DNA of 64,000 bases from Ramazzottius varieornatus (GCA_001949185.1 BDGG01000007.1:2278112-2342111); one strand, 5' to 3'. Positions 25,806 through 39,649 are shown, counted from the first letter of the stretch. Notes: a model not told the origin generated them from the letters alone. A program made the numbers and translations.

Positions 25806-28689
25806 CTAATAAACTTGAGGAGTGTTGGAGCTTGACGCTTGTTTGTCCGTACTACCACTAGCTATCAATTTTAAAGATTTCTCTTGTAGGTCAGCCAGTT
25901 GCGCTACGTTCCTGGGTTGGCTGTTGACGAGGAGTTTGGATAAAGAGAGGTTCTTTGGCTTGGAGCCTTGATTGCGGCCGTCGTTGGCGGGCGCAGCGGC
26001 ATTGTCTATGGACTGGCTCTTTGAAGCAGCTTGGTCATTGGCGGACTGAGAAGACTGACGTCCCTGAGTTTGATCATCGGCGCTACTGTCTTGGCTTTGG
26101 ACCTCCTGCTCTACTTGCTGAGCAGGTATAAGTCGCACAGGTCCTCCCACGCTAGACGACACCGACGCACCGGCGTTAACTTTCACCCCCCGACCGGAAG
26201 CTTGAGCACCACGTGCAGCAAAAGCCGACTGTAAAATATAAAAAGTAATAATCAGACAGTGTTACGGTGAAAAATGGCACGTCCACAAAGAACAGGACAA
26301 GATGGCTATGCCAAGCGGCGGACGTTTGGCTGTTATTGGCCGTAAGGCTCATGTCTGGAATTTTGTGGGTAATTTGACCTGTTGGCCGTCAAGCGCTGCC
26401 AGCTGGATGCCTTGCTGGGCTTGCTGGTCGCTGCCTTCTCCAGAACCGGAAGATGCAACCGAAGCGGACTGAGTCTCTTTTGCCTGCTGACTGTCGTTGG
26501 CGCTGAAGGAATCCTGTGACTGATCCTGGTCGGCGGGAGCGGCGATCTGTGTAACGTTGCTGCCAGAAGGGAAGGTGGAGTTGCTGGCTAGATTGACGGT
26601 AGTACTGGCTTCCTGGGAGTTGGGCTTGTCCTGGTCTTGTTGAGCGGACTGCGGCGGGGCAACTTGTTTGGTGGGTGCGTTGAGGGGCAGGCGACGGGCC
26701 ACGATGGAGGCGGAAGGACGGTCGGAGGATGAGGGGAGGGAGGAGCTGCGCCCCTTGATGGGGCTGGAGGCAGCGCTCATCAGGCTTTGAGGCAATTGGG
26801 CCGAGGAGGAGCCGGGAACGGTCCGGCCGGAACTAGAGATGACGGAGGTGATGTTGCTCTGACTGTCGCCTGCAATATCACGACTGCTATTATAACGCCT
26901 TCTCCTGCAAACGTCCTCCATCTGCCTATCTGTAACGACTTGTACAAAAACTGTTGCAGCCTTGACAGGTACACGCTACACCTTCTCCAGTGAGCTCGGT
27001 GTCAATAGTTATGACAAACCTGCTGCTGTCAGTCTGGTGACAATTCCGAGACGGACTTTTGAGCATGTTGTTTTTTGACTAATTCTAGTTAGTGATTACG
27101 TCAACATGACTGTGTCCTTGGGCCTTGGCTCACCAAGAGTCTTACAGGACTGATTTCCGGCAGACGCTTGTTTGTGTCATTTACCTCGACGACATCGCTG
27201 TCGTTGCAACAAGCCGCCAAAGTTATCACAACGTTCTCCGGCACAGCAATCGGCATCGGTGGAGCACAGCTGAGCTGTTGCGCATTTGGCTGCTGAAAGG
27301 GCAACAAAAGGCGCTGTAAAATGGTATGGACAAACAATGACAGAAAGTGAATCAGCAGGCTGGCGGTTTGGTACCTTGGCCGTTGGAGGAGGGCGAGGAA
27401 GGGACGCACTTGTTGAGGAGTCGGGAGCAGGAGAAGCCCTTGACGGTACAGTGGGCATCAGTCTGACAAGCAGTGGGGACAAAAGATCCGCTCATTTGGG
27501 CAAAGACCTTGAGCATATCGGGCTGGATCAAGCCGACACGGCTGCTGAATGGACTGTCCGCTTGGTCGTCGTCATCGTCCTCGGCCTCGGCACCGACCAT
27601 GGAAGACGCAGTGGCAAGCTGGGCCGAGCGTGAAGCAACCAAGGCGGCACCTTGGCTTTGCACAGTGGCTGGCCCAGGCTGGCCTGCTGCTGGCACCATG
27701 TTGGACTTGTGGGTGGGAGAAGGCTGAGGAGTTGGAGCTGGCGCAGGAAGAAATGGGGCCGCTCTGCCCTTGCCGGACTGGTCAGACTGTGGGCTGGAGG
27801 GGCCCTTCTGCGATAGGGTAGGTCTCATCTTCTGCGCCGCTCCTTGCTGATCTGCCAGGAGAGCCTGACCCTCTTCCTTGTCCAGCTCATGCTGCTGCCT
27901 TTCTTCAGCGCTACCATCACTGCTCTTCTCTGCCTGCTCCTCCTTCTCCTCCTCATCTTTCTCCATGTTTCCATCAGCGCCTTGTTGCCTTCCTTGTTGG
28001 AGGCTTTCTATCTTGTCAGAGTGGGATGAAGACGGTATGTGGTCAGCGTTAGCGCTGGAGAGCGCAGATGGAGGAGGTGGGCGGGCCGTGGGCGATGGTG
28101 GCGGCGCTGGAGGAGCCTCAGTGCGGTAGGCATTCTGCGTATCGGCAGCGGCAACCTTGTCGTAGCCTGCTGCCGCCTTGGGCGGAGACTGTGTCGACAG
28201 AGAGGATGGAGGTGGTCCTTGCTGCTCTTCTTCCTCCTGTCGCTCTTGTGACGACTGCAACTGCTGACTGCCAGCCATAGCATTTCCTCCACTCATTTGT
28301 TGTCGCCAGGATTTGGCGGATTTGCTGCCATGTGAACCGTCGCCGCTCTGGATCCTGATGGAACATGAAAGTTCATGTTACAGCCAACTCAAACCTCATC
28401 CCTCATCTACTATACACTGAAGCCAACATTCTTACTGGACTTTGCTTTGGATAGAGTCAAATAAGGCATCGAAGAGCCCACGCCCATCTTCATCTTGACC
28501 TGAAAATAAATCAGTCGCTCCACAGCACAGTCTGCACCACTATATGCTGCTTACAACTGAGTGACGGCAAAACCCACAGCAGCCAAGTAGGTAATAAAAT
28601 GACGTACCGTGCGCATGTCCACAATGGATCGTTTGGCATATTCCCAGGACGCCGAGTAATATTACCAGCCATTTGCATACCGCCATCAT
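25806..28689 (-). CDS. Secreted S/Q/A/P-rich low-complexity protein with two small Cys-rich modules (about 6 exons)
   Basis: Signal peptide MMAVCKWLVILLGVLGICQTIHCG; GT-AG introns join ORFs 27352-28296, 26349-26921 and 25806-26186. Confidence 0.7.
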
Positions 28690-29212
28690 CGGGGTTGCGC
28701 GACGGTTTCCGGGTCTAATTGCGGCTTGCTAAACAGTAACGTTCTCAAGACAGTCTCTTTATGCGATGGAAGGTTGCAGCGCCCGGCACTGCACTGAATA
28801 AAAAGAAAGAAGGAATACAGTAGCTGCTGGAGTTTCGACCATTGCTTATGAAGTTACCGCAGGTCGCTGCAAGGCACAAGTACTTACGTGACGACCATAT
28901 TTGCCGCTATAAATGGCTAATATCGTCACAGCGGCGCGTGTCAGCATCAATGCCAAGCAGGCTGATGGTAGTTTTGTAACCGATATGGCAAGCGGAAACA
29001 CAAGAAAGAAAAGAACGTGGGTTATGACTTGCCGAAGTTACTTGGAAGCAAAGCTCTCAAATACAATGGCTGCCATTTTTTCTCTTTTCTCCTATGCTAA
29101 AATCAACAGTCAATCAACCTCGCTTACAGCTGGATAGAAACGTTGGGCTCTGATTTATGGAGGAACGGCGCTACGTTTGGCGGTAGGTATTAATACTATA
29201 GCAGAGTAAAAA

Positions 29213-29283
29213 TGCGTTGGCCGGGAATCGAACCCGGGTCGCCCGCGTGGCAGGCGAGCATTCTACCACTGAACCACCAACGC
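29213..29283 (-). tRNA. tRNA-Gly(GCC)
   Basis: GCGTTGGTGGTTCAGTGGTAGAATGCTCGCCTGCCACGCGGGCGACCCGGGTTCGATTCCCGGCCAACGCA followed by a TTTTT Pol III terminator. Confidence 0.98.
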
Positions 29284-30064
29284 TTCGACCACATCACACA
29301 TTGTTAACTCCATCCCACTATATCGATCACATCTGTAGAAGATATCATGATGAAACGCCGATCATTTTGGAAAACCCGAAATTTAAGTGGTGGCTGTCTT
29401 GGCCTTGACATCACATTACCGCAGGGGATTTTCAACCGGTACCGTTATTTGCAAAATATTTGTTTTTCCTCCATCGTTATTGTTGCGTGGAATAACTGAC
29501 TGTGGCAGAAGAACGAAAGGCAGGTGGAAGTCTTTCTCTTGTCTTGTGGTAAATGATTTACGAGAGCGGTAATATATCGAGCCGTTTCCTGGCTGGCTGC
29601 TGGAGGGGACGGGTGTTACGGCAGCAGGCTGAGGTAACTTCAGCCGCAACCAAGAGCAAAACTTGAGACACTGAAGCAAGAGTATTGTTTGAGACATAGT
29701 TTTAGGTAGGTCTGACCGATTCATTTTAGATGAAGGAGTTTGGAATAAACTTTCTCTCCCCATGCATTCTTAAGCCTTAACTATGATGTTAAGTCTTAGT
29801 TTAATTGCTGTGGTCATAATCACTTTGGGTCAGGCTTGGCTCTTGAGAGGTCGTCTACATCGGCCAATAGCATATTGACAGCACTCGTACTCTTCGGAGG
29901 TTGTCTGGCTACATTTTGCAGCTGCTTCAGCAAAGTGGAAAGAATAAGCCACAAAACTCTTACACGCATACCATTCTGGCCTCTGTTTCTGTCGTCATCT
30001 TCAGGCCTGGCCGTCTTGTCGAAAGAACGATGTAATATTCCACACTGTGGCATTCTGCAGCACG

Positions 30065-33000
30065 ATGGAATTCTGCGTAGCTTCGGAAGCGCGAGCAATC
30101 TTCATCGGCCTATTCTTGGTGGGATTTTACGCCAATGCGGCAAAGACAACGTCTTCTCCATCGGGCAAAAGATGCAGTTCTCTAAAATCTTTGGTGGGTG
30201 AGCATGAGAGCAGTAACCTGTTGAAAGAATTTGCGGTTGCACGAGATACGCCCATTGCTTCACTGGAGGCTAAAGATGCCTTTGATGGGCTGCAGCCCGA
30301 CGAAAAATGGTAATTATAAGCAGTAGAGAACGTTCCTTTGGGTAGATTAAGCAGTAATTTGGCTTAGAGCGGAATGCGAAGTATCCTGGATGTTTGTTGT
30401 TGCAGTTTTGTGTACCATATGTCAGAAGCGGCGCAGCTGGGTGGCGTCATTGATTATTTTCAAACATCGGCTGAAAGCCCCTTCATTTACCTGCTTCTGC
30501 AGAAAGTCTTTGGCCTGTCCCAAGTGGCAGACTTGCAGTCTTTAGCCAGTACGACCTGCCAATTTTCCAAAGAAGACTGGCAGGCCTTTCTGCAGTACGC
30601 CGCCGTCTTCTACAGCAACTTGGGCAACTACTTCAGTTACGGCCTGAAGAAATTCATCCCCAACCTGCCCCAGTCCAAATTTGCTTGCTTAATTCAGGCG
30701 GTAGGGAAACGCGAAGTGGCAGCTGGAAAAGACAATGTTACCATCAGCCAAGCCAGAAGTAATATTCTGTCGCTGTGGAACATGAGCGGAGACCTGATAT
30801 ACAACCTCAGCCAGAGATACCGAAGGAACGGCCTGGCGCCATCTGCTGTCACCACTTACTTCTCTGCCAACTGTGACGAGAAAGACGCGGCCCTCGTCCA
30901 GGAGTACCTCATCAGTAAAAAGACCGAGGCATGGAACTCGAGGGTATTCAAAACGGACACTGGGCAAAATGGTAGCCTCTGCTTCGAAATAAGAATTGCC
31001 AGTATAGAGACGAAGAATGAAGGGCCGTTGGATAGTATCGAGCTGGGCAAGGTCGAAAGCTTCAAAGGCAGCCACTTTGTCTTCAAGCGAGGGGACTTTT
31101 CACATTTCCTCAAGCGATCGGCCAAGGAAATGCGGGCTGCTTCCAGATGCTTCGCCGACCCCAACAAGGCTGAAAAGGTAGCTTCATTTGACAGCTTCCA
31201 TTCCAATAATCTTGCATGCAAGCGAACATCGTAACAGCATCAACAGATTTCGCCTCACCGTAGTCCCTATGAGCTGTTGTCTTCTTTTCAACGGCAAATT
31301 GCGAAGAGAAGGGTGAGTGAAGTCGGTCGAATAATGCGTTTCGTTTGCAGGCTATTCTTGATTATACCATTCAGAGTTTCCAAACGGGATCGCTGGATGC
31401 CCACAAGAATGCATCGCGACTTTGGGTCAGGAACAAGAATCCTGTTATTGAAACCTACTTTGGTTTCATTGAAACATATCAGTAAGACAAGTTCTGGGCT
31501 AAAGTTTATTCTGTAAAGGAGTGCGACCAGGATAGTAGCTGACCTTGGCATCTTCCTCCCTGCAGAGATCCAAACGGTATGCGGGCCTCATTCGAAGGCT
31601 TTGTTGCCGTGGTGGACAAGGAGAAGACGGCACGCTTAACTCGCCTTGTGTCACAAGCTGAAGATTTCCTCCCCCTACTTCCATGGCCGCCATCCTTCGA
31701 GAAGGACAAGTTCACCAAGCCAGACTTTACCGACTTGACGGTCATCTCCTTTGTTAATGGCGGAGTTCCGTCGGGTAAGCACAAATATAAGTATAACTCT
31801 CTTCCACCGATCGCCCTACACTGTTATCAATGTGACATATCCATCAATAGTTGTCGACAATATATGTAGCTTGTTTTACAATAATTGTAGGTATAAATCT
31901 GCCAAACTATAATCAGATTCGACAGAATGAAGGTAAGAAGACATTAAAATCCATGGTGATGCGCAGCAGTGTCTGTTTTGGCACGTAGTGCTAACGTTGA
32001 GGCGGTAGGTTTCAAAAACGTCAACTTGGGTAACGTTATCGCCGCTACACTGTCGGCTCGTCCCTTACAGTACCTGACTAAAGTTGAGGAGGACCTTCTC
32101 AACGCCAATAAATTCCTGGTCTTTGACATCATCGTCGGCCTCCACGAACTGCTGGGTCACGGTAGCGGCAAACAGTTCAATCAGTTTGCCAACGGCTCCT
32201 TGGACTTTGACGCTGCCTCCCTCGGCTCGGCATCCGTCGGCTCTTATGGCCCGGTAAAGGACTGGTACATGCCAGGCCAGACCTACGAATCCACCTTCGG
32301 CAAGCTGGCTTCATCCTTCGAAGAATGTCGGGCAGAGACGGTGGCCACCTACCTTAGCCTCTTCCCCCAAGTCTTGGCAGTGTGGGGTATCAACAGCACA
32401 AGGTATGCCACCACAGGAGATCTTTCTCAGCAACCTCATGTCATGTATCTGCCCAAACTTTGGAGCTTTTCAGCGCAGCCGATGTGGCCTATTATTTATG
32501 GCTGATGGAAATAAGCGAGGCGCTACAGGGCTTGGCCCAATACGACCTGAAAACAACCAGCTGGGGTGAGGCCCACGTCCCGGGACAGTTTGCCATTTTG
32601 AGGGTCATGATAGAAGCCGGAGTAGCCAAGGTCAGAATTGTCAATGGATCGGACGGCAAAGCCGACTTGCTGGCCACGCTGGACAAGAGTCTGATGTTTA
32701 CCAAAGGCAAGGAAGCCATGGCCAACTTCCTCTTGGGCTTACAGGTATAGTCCTATCACCACCTTCTTCACAAGAATCTGACTTTTGCCTTTAGCTTTTT
32801 CTTGATGGACTGTTGTCGCTAGTTTTACAAAAGCACGGGCAACCAAAAGGCGGCACAGGACTTCTTTGATAAGTATACAAGTTTGGCCGGTGCCGGACAT
32901 GAAGAACACCTACAATGGCGACAAATTGCTGTCGACAGAAAGAAACCACGCTCCTTGTAAGCACTTGACCAAAGGAAAATCTCACATGCTGTACATGTCT

Positions 33001-33263
33001 GGTCCCAACTGTTGCTGACATTGAACAGGCTTCTTTATTACAGGCTCGTGCAACCGAACATATTTCCAAGCAGCCAGCCAAGTGCCGTATCGGCAAGGTC
33101 GGTCTCCGTCAAAGAAAAGCTTCAAACCTCCTACACTCTAAAAGTATACCCTGCCAGCGCAGAAGGAATGATCCAGTCTTATCAGGACTGTTGCAACGAT
33201 TTGGTCTATGAGGAAGACATTTTTACTACAGCACTGCGAGATCTCCCTCACTTTCTGATCTGA
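30065..33263 (+). CDS. DPP3: Dipeptidyl peptidase III (M49) with N-terminal extension (multi-exon)
   Basis: [38 protein letters not shown]...[15 protein letters not shown]. Confidence 0.93.
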
Positions 33264-33477
33264 CTTCTGTCAAGTGCCAGACATACTGTCTGTAGGCCCA
33301 CGAAGAGAAAGTCTGGACCAGTAACTCTTCATAGTGCACAAAACAAGACGACGGTTTAAGTGAAGTTTCCTGACGGACACTCTGGTCTCAGCTGCACGCT
33401 CAACTTAAGCAGAAAACATGGCCAATAGGCTAAGATCAAAAGAGACAAGAGCTTCCAGCTGGAAATGCACATGTTCC

Positions 33478-35473
33478 TTATAGGGTACTCTTGACGGTGG
33501 CGCTTTGAGAGTTGCAGTTGGAAGAAGAGATGGAGTAAGCCCGCATCCTTGTTGTCAACCTGAACAGTAATGTTTTATTATAGAAGCAACAAGGAACTTT
33601 CCTACTGTGTCTTGATTTCCTTGGATCAACAAACCTCATTTTTCCTGGCTGGAAAGCCGAGTTACAGTCAATGCTCTCTCCCCAGTCGGCCGCACGGACA
33701 TCGCTGGCGATATTGGAGGCCGAGATGGTGAAGGGGCATTCGAAATGGTTGATCTCACTCTCGCCCACAGGATCCACATCGACCACCAGCACTCTTAGGT
33801 TTACATACTGGAAAAGAAACAACATGGAAGACTTAGGTCAACTTCATTCTTAGCTTCAGACTTTATGCAGGTAAAAGCCGCATGTCATACCTTCAAGCCG
33901 ACCCCACAGGAGTCACGGCTAATGGACCTCATGACGCTGACGGTATCAACGTTGTCGACAGCTAGCATTACCGGCCATCTGGCCAGCGGTGTTGCTCCGG
34001 GCCATTTAATGTTGGCACTCTCCCTACAAAACAAACAGAAAGAAGAACAAGTTACAGTAGCTTGACATTATGTAAGTTGTCGCTGTGGAAAAACAAAATC
34101 GTTAAGGTAGGAAGGACTCACGTGTCAAGGAAGGTGTAGAACTTGGTGTCGCAGGCACTGAGTACATCACACTTGGCGCCATTGGCCGACACCCCACCCT
34201 TGTTTTCAAAGCGAGAAACTTCCACCTCCACCCTAAAGTTCTCTGGAAGGCGGCTTGAGAAGGCCGACGAAGCAGATCCGCCCAATCGCGACGACGAGGA
34301 CGAGTCGATATCTCGATCACGGTTTCGGCTGACCGACAGCGAATCTCGGTCGCGGTCGCGGTTGGAAGCAGCCGACCCGGAGGAGAAAGAATCGCTGGTC
34401 CCGAAATTATTGTCGCGATCTCGGTTGCGATCGCGGTCAGACGATGGAGAAGCTGCGAAGGAGTCGCGATCCGAATCGCGTCTGTTACTGCTCTCAACGA
34501 TATGTACTTCCTCGACGGGGCGCCGGGTGGCGCCACTTGGACTAGCTTGATCAATCAATCTATCACGGTCCGATGTACGGTCTGAACTATCGACAAAGCG
34601 GTCTCGATCTCGTCCGGATGAGTCAACCAAGCGGTCACTATCTCGGTCACGGTTCAAGCCAGCGCTGCCACCTCTCCAAGCGGAAATGGAGCCCGTCTCT
34701 TCCACAGGTCTGTCGGTGATTCCACTCAGGCTGTCTCGATCCATATCTCGATCGCGGTCTCCATTTGAGACCAACTGGCTGTCGCGGTCCGACCAGGAGG
34801 AAGGAAGGGTAGTGCGGCGACGAGCAGCGACCAGCTCCCAGTCACGATCACGATGGCGGTCGCGGTCGCTGTCGGTGGGAGGAGGCGTAGGACGCATGAA
34901 CGTCGGGTCTCGATCAGAAGTGGTGTCGCGCTCCGAGCTGGAGCCGGCAGAGACGCGTCGGCTGCCGGTGATGGGCAAACGATCCGAGTCGTCAATGTTA
35001 CGCTCTCGATCTCGGCTGTTGATGCTGGCGCTACCACTGATAGTGCCTCCATTGGTGAAACTTGCCTCGTTCCTGTCCGAGTCGGATATACGACGGTCAC
35101 TGCCAGAGCTGGCCGACACCGGCGACAATCCCGAGCCTGCTAGGAGGATCGACAGTAGCGAATCACCTAGTCCATTGTTTTGCCGCACTGGTTCACGAAT
35201 CTGAGCATTGCATAATACCTGCATAAGAAAGCAACTCTGGCTGATACGACAAAAATGCTGACGCGGCTTCAGTTATACCGCCCCCCCCTCAACCTGCCCC
35301 ATAACTATACGGTATAGTACCGTCCTTTGGCCAGCTAGGAATAATATATCGTGGCAAAGTTAGCGAAATGAACATGATGCTAAGCTTGTCTGAAGAATGC
35401 AGCTTAAGTCCAAACTTCCTACCAAGAGGATTGCAGTGAGTAATACTGCTCGGAAAGTTGAAGGACTCGCCAT
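33478..35473 (-). CDS. Secreted protein with a long Asp-Arg/Ser-rich region and a C-terminal Cys-containing C2/MNNL-like domain
   Basis: Signal-like MASPSTFRAVLLTAILLV; ORF 34118-35224 with DRDRDR repeats; spliced tail VEVEVSRFENKGGVSANGAKCD...LRVLVVDVD. Confidence 0.7.
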
Positions 35474-37889
35474 GATTTTTCCCCAGATATGAATAATGAT
35501 AAAGTCCAAGAAACGGATGAGAAAAGGAGACGGGCTTGCTTCAAAAATATGCCAAAGATTTATACTTATTCTAGTGGCTAAAGGAGTCACACCGCTGATT
35601 TATACCAATTCGATCTCTTTCTACATAGCCAACTTGTCCACAACAAAGAAAAATTTGTAACCATGTGGCCGACAAAGTGACGGTTTTGTTTTGAGTAGCT
35701 GGAAAAAATCTCGTTTGATCAGCTCTTTCTGTGTTTTGATAAAAAAGTTACGGCCTGAGCAATGCTTTAGGCGCGGCGACTTCTCGACAGTCTAACATTG
35801 TTTGCACGGAAAAAAGTCAACTGCGTGAGTCACGAAGAAAATTCCGATGGGTACACATGGCAGACGGAAGCAGCCGTTTTCTGAGCTTTCGTTGATTTGT
35901 TTTTGTCCCTCCCTCCCAAGGAAGCATCGTTAAATTTCCTGCATGACCTTATTTAGCGCCCTGCATTTTCCCAATCCCCGATTCCCCATTTTAGACCATA
36001 ACGGAGGCTCCACCGGGCCTCCTCAGCGACGTCTACGGCCCAAACCACTTTTTCTCATATAATGCTTGCGTTGTACAGCCAGCCGTTTGTTTTCCTTTTC
36101 ATGAAGCTAAATTACCGCGTTATATGGAAGCTCGGATAAACAGCTTTGCAAGATTACCTTTCTGAGCGGCGCACGTCTTCGGTGTAATTGACTGACAACG
36201 CGCGCCACTTGGAAGAACGATCTGGTCGAGTTTGTTTGTCGACGTTCAGCTACAAGGGAATAGTAGGCGATTCTACAAACCCAACGTCGTTATTGTGTTC
36301 ACGAGCTTCGCATCAACACTAGAAAGATAACATCGATTCTGACCGAACAGGCTCATAGAACTCGAAGTTTTCACCCTGCATAGTCTTCGTCGGGATCGGC
36401 CCTATCGTATCACTGACCCGCCGATCTGTAAACCACCAAAATAGTGGAACCTCAACCAGACTTTTGCAACCGTGACCTTCCAGACCAAAGTTCTGGCCCA
36501 CATCCCAGCAAGTGGAGAACGTTGAGATTGCGTTCGACGTCGAGGAACTCGTTAAACTCCGCGACGAAGTTGGACAGGATAACGTTCGTTGTGTGGTCGT
36601 GAAGCTTAATGAGCTCGAGGACTGGTCGGTCCAGTTTGGACTTCCACTTGAAGGACTGCATGATGCAGGGGAAATCATCAATATCACCCCAATAAGCAGT
36701 CACTGGACGGCATAGATGCTTTCTCTGCAGATCGATGAAGACCGTTGTGGGGCGAGGCGTATCTGACTTGCCGAGAAGCTGACTTTGCTCTTCAGGCTGC
36801 GGTGCTTGGGGGGTCTGGCGGCCGAAGCTCGTCCAAAAATGAAGTGGGACTTCTCAGCGATAGCGCTGTCAAACGCGATCCTTGGTCCAGCAGCAAGGTG
36901 TTGAATCCCGAAGCCACCCTGTAGCAAAACAACCACAGTGCTTTGGAATTCTTTCCTACATGATTATCTTTGAGAAAAGGGACCCAGATCGCTGTCACAA
37001 TTAGCTTACACCGAAGTTGCGCGCCACTTCGGAAAAGATCTGGCTAATCTCGTTTGCCCACGTCCCATTTCTGTGTTTCTTCTGTCAAGAGCTACATACC
37101 GGCGATACTTGAAACGTTGGAGAGTGTAGAAATGTTTGAAGAACTCGTGAACCAGGTCAAAATGCAGATCGTTCCGGCCGATGACGGTCTGGCCATCGTT
37201 TCGCGCCTCGCTTCCGGTAGCGGATGCTGCTTGGTTCTCTGTCGCATTGGCTTCGGTCCGTTCATGACTGCCCATTGGCTGATTTGGCTCGGTTCCTGCA
37301 ACAGAAGAACCCGCCATCAATCGGCTCCCAGAGATTTAGGCGAAACGTGTTTGCAAAAGTGTCGCATTGAGGAATAAGGATCGAAAACAGCTTGGTCGAG
37401 GCCCCGAGAGTGAAAACAGTGGGGAAACGCGCAAAAACTGACCAGATGTTCCGACTTGCGAGTAGTGTAGATGACCGGATGTAGCTTGACGTAGCTCAGC
37501 TCGACTCGACTAGCCGCGAATAAGGTTGTGCATTCCAGTTCCACTCCTTTCCATATTCCGTTCTTTTCCAGGAATTCCTCTCCGTTCCAAGGGGTGAGAA
37601 TCTGGAACGGTGGAATTCCTGTTTTGGAAACAGACAAAATCTGGAAAAATAGAGTAATTCCATGAGGAATTCCTCTATTTTTAGGTTTTGCGGATGATTG
37701 ACGGATCACTTAATCGAAGGTCCCTCGAACCCATAAAAATGGTAGGTTTTATGGGATCCACGGTCGGATTTTTCGACGTGGCTGTGAATTCTGACGGTTA
37801 GCAAAAAACACTTTGGGCTGAAAAGGCATGGTACAAGCATTACTAGGCTAAAAATTGCAGATCTTGATGTTTTCCGATTTTCTTTGCTG

Positions 37890-39419
37890 AATTGTGTTAT
37901 TGAAGATTGTAAAGTTAAAGGAATGAGTATAAAGATAGAGAGAGGTGCACCTACACCCCCCCAATTTCTCAGGGATGGCTCGTAAAATAGCGCATGCAAA
38001 TAAAAAATATCATTCGGGTTGAATATGAGAGGGTTTGCTGGAATAAAATTTTCCGCGTCTATGAGAGAAAAGGGAAAAATATAATTGGTTATTATAAACA
38101 TAAAAATAATTGAAAGTAAAGAAGTTAAATCTTTTAAAGAAAAATAAGAGTGAAAAGTGAATTTATCTCTCCCCATGCGTAACCCTAAGGGATTACTTGA
38201 TTTTTGTTCATGAAGAAAAGTTAAATGTGTAATCACCAATAGTCTGATAACGAAAGGTAAAAGATAATGAAGTGAAAAAAATCGAGTAAGAGTCGCGCCA
38301 TTTACGGAGAAACCACCCCACACCCGCTCAACTAATGGCAGCCCTACATATGGAATTGCAGACAATAGGTTTGTACTGTAGTGCTCGCAGTTTATCGCGC
38401 ACTCAACCACGTGATTAGTCAGGTTTGCCCGGCAAGATCAGCTGTTGCCAGAAGGGCGTGAGTTGATTGACTTTAATGGGTCGTCAGTTATTTTGAAAAA
38501 CGATCCGGTCCAAATTCCAGTTTCTTTCACTGGATCCGAAGGTAGAAAACATTGTCATGGCTAGGACCCGTATATTTATAGCGATGAGGATGCGGAGAAA
38601 GCTTTGAGAAACTATGAAGAGAGCGGATTATCGAGGAGAAAGCATGCGAAGCTTACAGGAATTCCGGAATCAGCCATGCGCAGCTGGTGGTGAATCGAAT
38701 GATACCTGTTCCATAAGCAGCTGATGAGCTTCACGGAACCTCATGTTTTTGCTTCACAAAGCAAAGATTCCGGGCAAGCGAGGACCGGAGAAAAGTGAGC
38801 AGATACCGGAAACGCTCCAGATGGAAATGAGCAATTTGAGTTTGACTTTTTAGAATAACACTTGTCTCAACCGATGGCCAATCATTGATTGTTGATAAAG
38901 CAGTACAACGTCTAAAATCCCCGATCGGGCGTTATTTACTGTTCACGTGGTTGAGTGCGCGATAAACTGCGAGCACTACAGTAATTACCGTTGCCCCCCA
39001 ATAAGACATTTGCCCCTAAGGTAGTACATAACCTAGAAATGCAGTTATTATAGAGATTAAAAAGATAATCACGCCCCTCACTCAAGTCATATTTAATACG
39101 TATGATTCAAAATACAACCCACGCCCGATGTGAATAAAAAAAGCTAAAAAAAATAATGAGCTCCGTTGGCATGGGTAATTGGTACTAGTCAACCGCCGTT
39201 CACATCCCGTATTAGATGTCTGATACAGTCAAAAGCTAAATTAATTCTCGATGCGTAGTGTATTGCTAAAAAAATTTCTGTAATAATCTGAGTTATTAAA
39301 CACACCTCTAGAAGAGACCCAAAATTTCAAAAATGAGTAATATTAGAAGGGGCCGGGAGATCTACTAAAGCAGAATTTATGATTTTAATTAGTGGGTGAT
39401 TTTTTCGAATATTTATCAT
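37890..39419 (-). pseudogene. cob: NUMT cytochrome b (3'-truncated, interrupted at 38376-38981)
   Basis: HPLIKI...[10 protein letters not shown]; WGATVITNLLSAIPY; WGGFSVNGATLTRFFSLH; frameshifts and an internal stop. Confidence 0.95.
38376..38981 (+). mobile_element. 606-bp deleted pogo-like element in NUMT cob
   Basis: Perfect 39-bp TIR CTGTAGTGCTCGCAGTTTATCGCGCACTCAACCACGTGA; TA TSD; removal restores ...ATT ACA AAC CTA... (ITNL); residual HTH LSRRKHAKLTGIPESAMRSW. Confidence 0.93.
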
Positions 39420-39630
39420 AATAGGATCTTTTCATGGGGGTTCGGTACTTAGATGTGATATATATTGTAGCGGTCAAAGAGATAAATAAATAGCATAATA
39501 TAAACGTAAATACATTGTGGAAAAAATAGGTGGACGAAATCTCTAACAGGTCTTTGGTTATGATTAAAAAATTTAAGTTCAATAGTTTTCATTGATCTCA
39601 AAGATGGTAGGAGTGCTAACAAAGTAAATA
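39420..39630 (-). pseudogene. nad6: NUMT nad6 3' part
   Basis: AT-rich hydrophobic frame directly upstream of and codirectional with cob. Confidence 0.6.
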
Positions 39631-39649
39631 TATTTTTACTTTTTTTTTT

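Noticed and set aside
34143-35204. Plus-strand SR-protein-like ORFs (SRSRSR)
   Set aside because: Antisense shadows of the DR repeats; the minus frame has the signal peptide and splice sites.
36300-37380. Coding-like fragments (ENVEIAFDVEEL..., YIPAILETLE...)
   Set aside because: Possibly a decayed gene or transposon remnant, but I could not build a coherent model or assign a family.
37706-38410. 234-aa cytochrome b ORF as a nuclear gene
   Set aside because: Chimera of a transposon TIR, frameshifted cob and the hAT end.
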